64,000 nucleotides of DNA, from assembly GCA_043228905.1 (NCBI GenBank), contig JBHGNT010000014.1, forward strand, positions 3,596,001-3,660,000, given 5' to 3'. This stretch comes from Azolla caroliniana (Eukaryota; Plantae; Polypodiophyta). Of this stretch, positions 63,821 to 64,000 are shown one piece after another. Position 1 is the first letter of the stretch; every line of letters begins with the position of its first letter. Made by a program: the position numbers and the translations under genes. The notes under the pieces are model-generated. The model made no database searches, was not told where the DNA came from, and saw only the letters and a program-made list of their open reading frames with translations.

Positions 63821-64000
63821 ATGGTGACCAAATTACATCATCTCCCCTCCAGGGTTCAAGCTCAGGCAGCCCATCTTGCCAAGCTTAGAGGCTTTTGTGA
63901 GAATGGGCAGCTTCATGATGCCATGGCCGCTGCCCAAACCATGTTTCATCACCAACTGCCCATCTCCTCCACCATCCTCTACTGCCTCATTCAAGGTTGT
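63821..64000 (+). CDS. 5' end of a probable PPR protein gene (runs off the window)
   Basis: Open frame MVTKLHH...LRGFCENGQLHDAM...ILYCLIQGC, resembling the first PLS-PPR motifs. Confidence 0.65.
   Translation, partial: MVTKLHHLPSRVQAQAAHLAKLRGFCENGQLHDAMAAAQTMFHHQLPISSTILYCLIQGC

Overview
Eukaryotic, transposon-rich plant genomic DNA. It is most likely a non-seed plant such as a fern, inferred from the Tcn1-like chromovirus, PLS-type PPR genes and RTE-like LINEs. Host genes: a CCDC174/At4g18257-like gene (-), an RPAP2/RIMA CTD-phosphatase gene (-), a TPK two-pore K+ channel (+, 10.25-kb TE-filled intron), a PPR pseudogene and the start of a PPR gene at the right edge. The first 30 kb is a stack of nested elements whose ends and target-site duplications (TSDs) can be read directly: LINE > Copia > intact Gypsy chromovirus, an L1 and a pogo inside an RTE, and a hAT inside an RTE. 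Main result: the intact, very young chromovirus (5365-11131) has three notable signals. It has a heat-shock-element array next to its TATA box, a tRNA-independent self-priming PBS complementary to its predicted transcript 5' end, and a G_UUA_AAC -1 frameshift site with a pseudoknot. A diverged relic at about 45.9-46.2 kb keeps the same HSE / TATA / self-primer geometry with a different sequence. Other highlights are a hAT carrying an antisense captured host-gene fragment, two different hAT MITEs sharing a triplicated 8-bp target, a pogo element with an internal 123-bp satellite, and a conserved double PPT in the Copia family. All coordinates and mismatch counts were read by eye, with no database searches.
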